Assembly: GCF_018977255.1 (NCBI RefSeq)
Contig: NW_024704742.1
Span: 136,154,001-136,218,000 of the forward strand
Source: Callorhinchus milii
Lineage: Eukaryota
Reading direction: 5' to 3'
DNA: 64,000 bases
The notes under the pieces are model-generated. The model saw only the letters and a list, made by a program, of their open reading frames with translations, did no database searches and was not told the origin of the DNA. The translations under genes and the position numbers were made by a program. Of this stretch, positions 62,825 to 64,000 are shown piece after piece; positions within the stretch are counted from its first letter, which is position 1, and every line of letters starts with the position of its first letter.

Positions 62825-62955
62825 AGGGCTACAAGGAAAGATTTGCAGGGCTATGGAGTAAGAGCAGGAGAGTGGGTTTAGTTGGTAGCTCTTTCCAGAG
62901 CCGGCTTGATGGGCCGAATGGCCTCCTTTTGTGCTGTAAGATTCTATGATTCTAC
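62825..62955 (+). mobile_element. CR1-type 3' tail fragment just upstream of the MEX3 acceptor
   Basis: gatgggccgaatggcctccttttgtgctgtaagattctatgattcta. Similar tails at about 17556 (-), 29280, 30150, 50185 and 59100. Confidence 0.7.
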
Positions 62956-63022
62956 ATCAAATGCAAGTGATTATAATTCTATACTAAAATAGCTTTGTTT
63001 TTCTCTGCTTCTGTTTCTAAAG

Positions 63023-64000
63023 GTTGCAAAATCAAAGCACTGAGGGCCAAAACCAACACATACATCAAGACGCCTGTGCGCGGTGAGGAGCCTGTGTTTG
63101 TGGTTACAGGGAGGAAGGAGGACGTGGCTATGGCCAAGAGGGAGATCATCTCAGCAGCCGAACACTTCTCCATGATCCGAGCATCTCGCAACAAGAGCGG
63201 GGCATTGCCTGGGGCCACGACTGGCTTAGCCGGCCTTGCCCTGCCCGGGGCGCCCAGCCTGCCAGGCCAGACCACCATCCAGGTGCGTGTTCCCTACCGT
63301 GTAGTGGGGCTGGTGGTGGGTCCCAAAGGAGCCACCATCAAACGCATCCAGCAGCAGACGCACACCTACATCGTCACCCCCAGCCGCGACAAGGAGCCCG
63401 TATTCGAGGTGACTGGCATGCCCGAAAACGTGGACCGGGCCCGGGAGGAGATCGAGGCTCACATCGCCGTGCGCACCGGCAACTACATCGAGGTCAACGA
63501 GGAGAACGACTTCCACTCCAATGGCACGGACGTGAGCTTCGACAGCGTGGGGCTGGAGGCCGCCTGGGCCGAGATGAATGCTAACGGCCCGGCCCGTAAC
63601 CGCCTCCTCTCGAGCTACAGGAACGACAGCTCCAGCTCTTTGGGCAGCGGCTCCACCGACTCGTACCTCGCCAACCGCATGGCGGACTTCAGCCCCACCA
63701 GCCCATTCAGCGCCACCGGATTCTGGTTTGGGGAGTCGGTGCCCACCGTCAGCTCGGAGGATCTGCCCTTCGACCCTAGCCCTCTCTCCACCGCGCCCCC
63801 GCAGCCTGTCATTTGGTGCCCCTTCGAGCAGGCCGGCTTCTCCAGCGAGCCTGCAGTGTCCGGGGGGTCTGTGGCCCGGGACAGCCAGCCCACCACCCCG
63901 CGCCTCTCGCCCACCTTCCTGGAGAGCGTAGAGCAGCTGCCACTGGCCCACAGGCCATGCAGTGACCCGCTCCGCCTCTCCGGCTACATCTCCGGCTTCT
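63023..64000 (+). CDS. MEX3C: Exon 2 (partial, runs off the window) of a MEX3-family RNA-binding E3 ligase, most similar to MEX3C; encodes most of KH1, all of KH2 and the Ser/Pro-rich linker
   Basis: Polypyrimidine tract plus AG acceptor (tttgtttttctctgcttctgtttctaaAG, AG at 63021-63022), phase 1. Open frame to the window end: (G)[57 protein letters not shown]...[93 protein letters not shown]...[17 protein letters not shown]...[12 protein letters not shown]...FWFGE...[15 protein letters not shown]. The GCKIK exon start is the conserved MEX3 intron position. [22 protein letters not shown] and [11 protein letters not shown] match MEX3C as I recall it. High GC3. Family call is near certain; paralog call is less so. 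Confidence 0.93.

Noticed and set aside
63226..63951. 241-aa minus-strand ORF and other overlapping ORFs
   Set aside because: Shadow frames of the GC3-rich MEX3 exon.

Overview
Vertebrate genomic DNA, very repeat-rich. The repeat families (tRNA-Ala-headed SINEs with L2-type tails, Deu-domain SacSINE1-like SINEs, L2 and CR1 LINEs, Penelope-type terminal-repeat relics) point to a cartilaginous fish, possibly a chimaera; this is an inference. The only well-supported protein-coding sequence is the large second exon of a MEX3-family KH/RING RNA-binding gene, best matching MEX3C (63023 to past the window end, + strand). The ORF track missed it because it has no stop in the window. Its first exon was not found. 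The other ~63 kb is upstream or intronic DNA with decayed retroelements, low-complexity tracts, a 16-17 bp minisatellite and several repeat-free islands that look like enhancers. Two 25-N gaps are flanked by duplicated or inverted sequence. Around the second gap the layout is A-X-B / gap / A-Y-B, probably an assembly artefact that may hide the missing GC-rich exon 1. The most interesting small signals are two hammerhead-ribozyme cores with covarying stem II in Penelope-like relics, a SINE subfamily carrying the L2 3' hairpin, and an unclassified repeat with imperfect inverted termini. I found no convincing evidence of a wholly new biological system. Nearly all long ORFs in the track come from simple repeats or dead LINEs. 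Repeat boundaries are approximate and read by eye.
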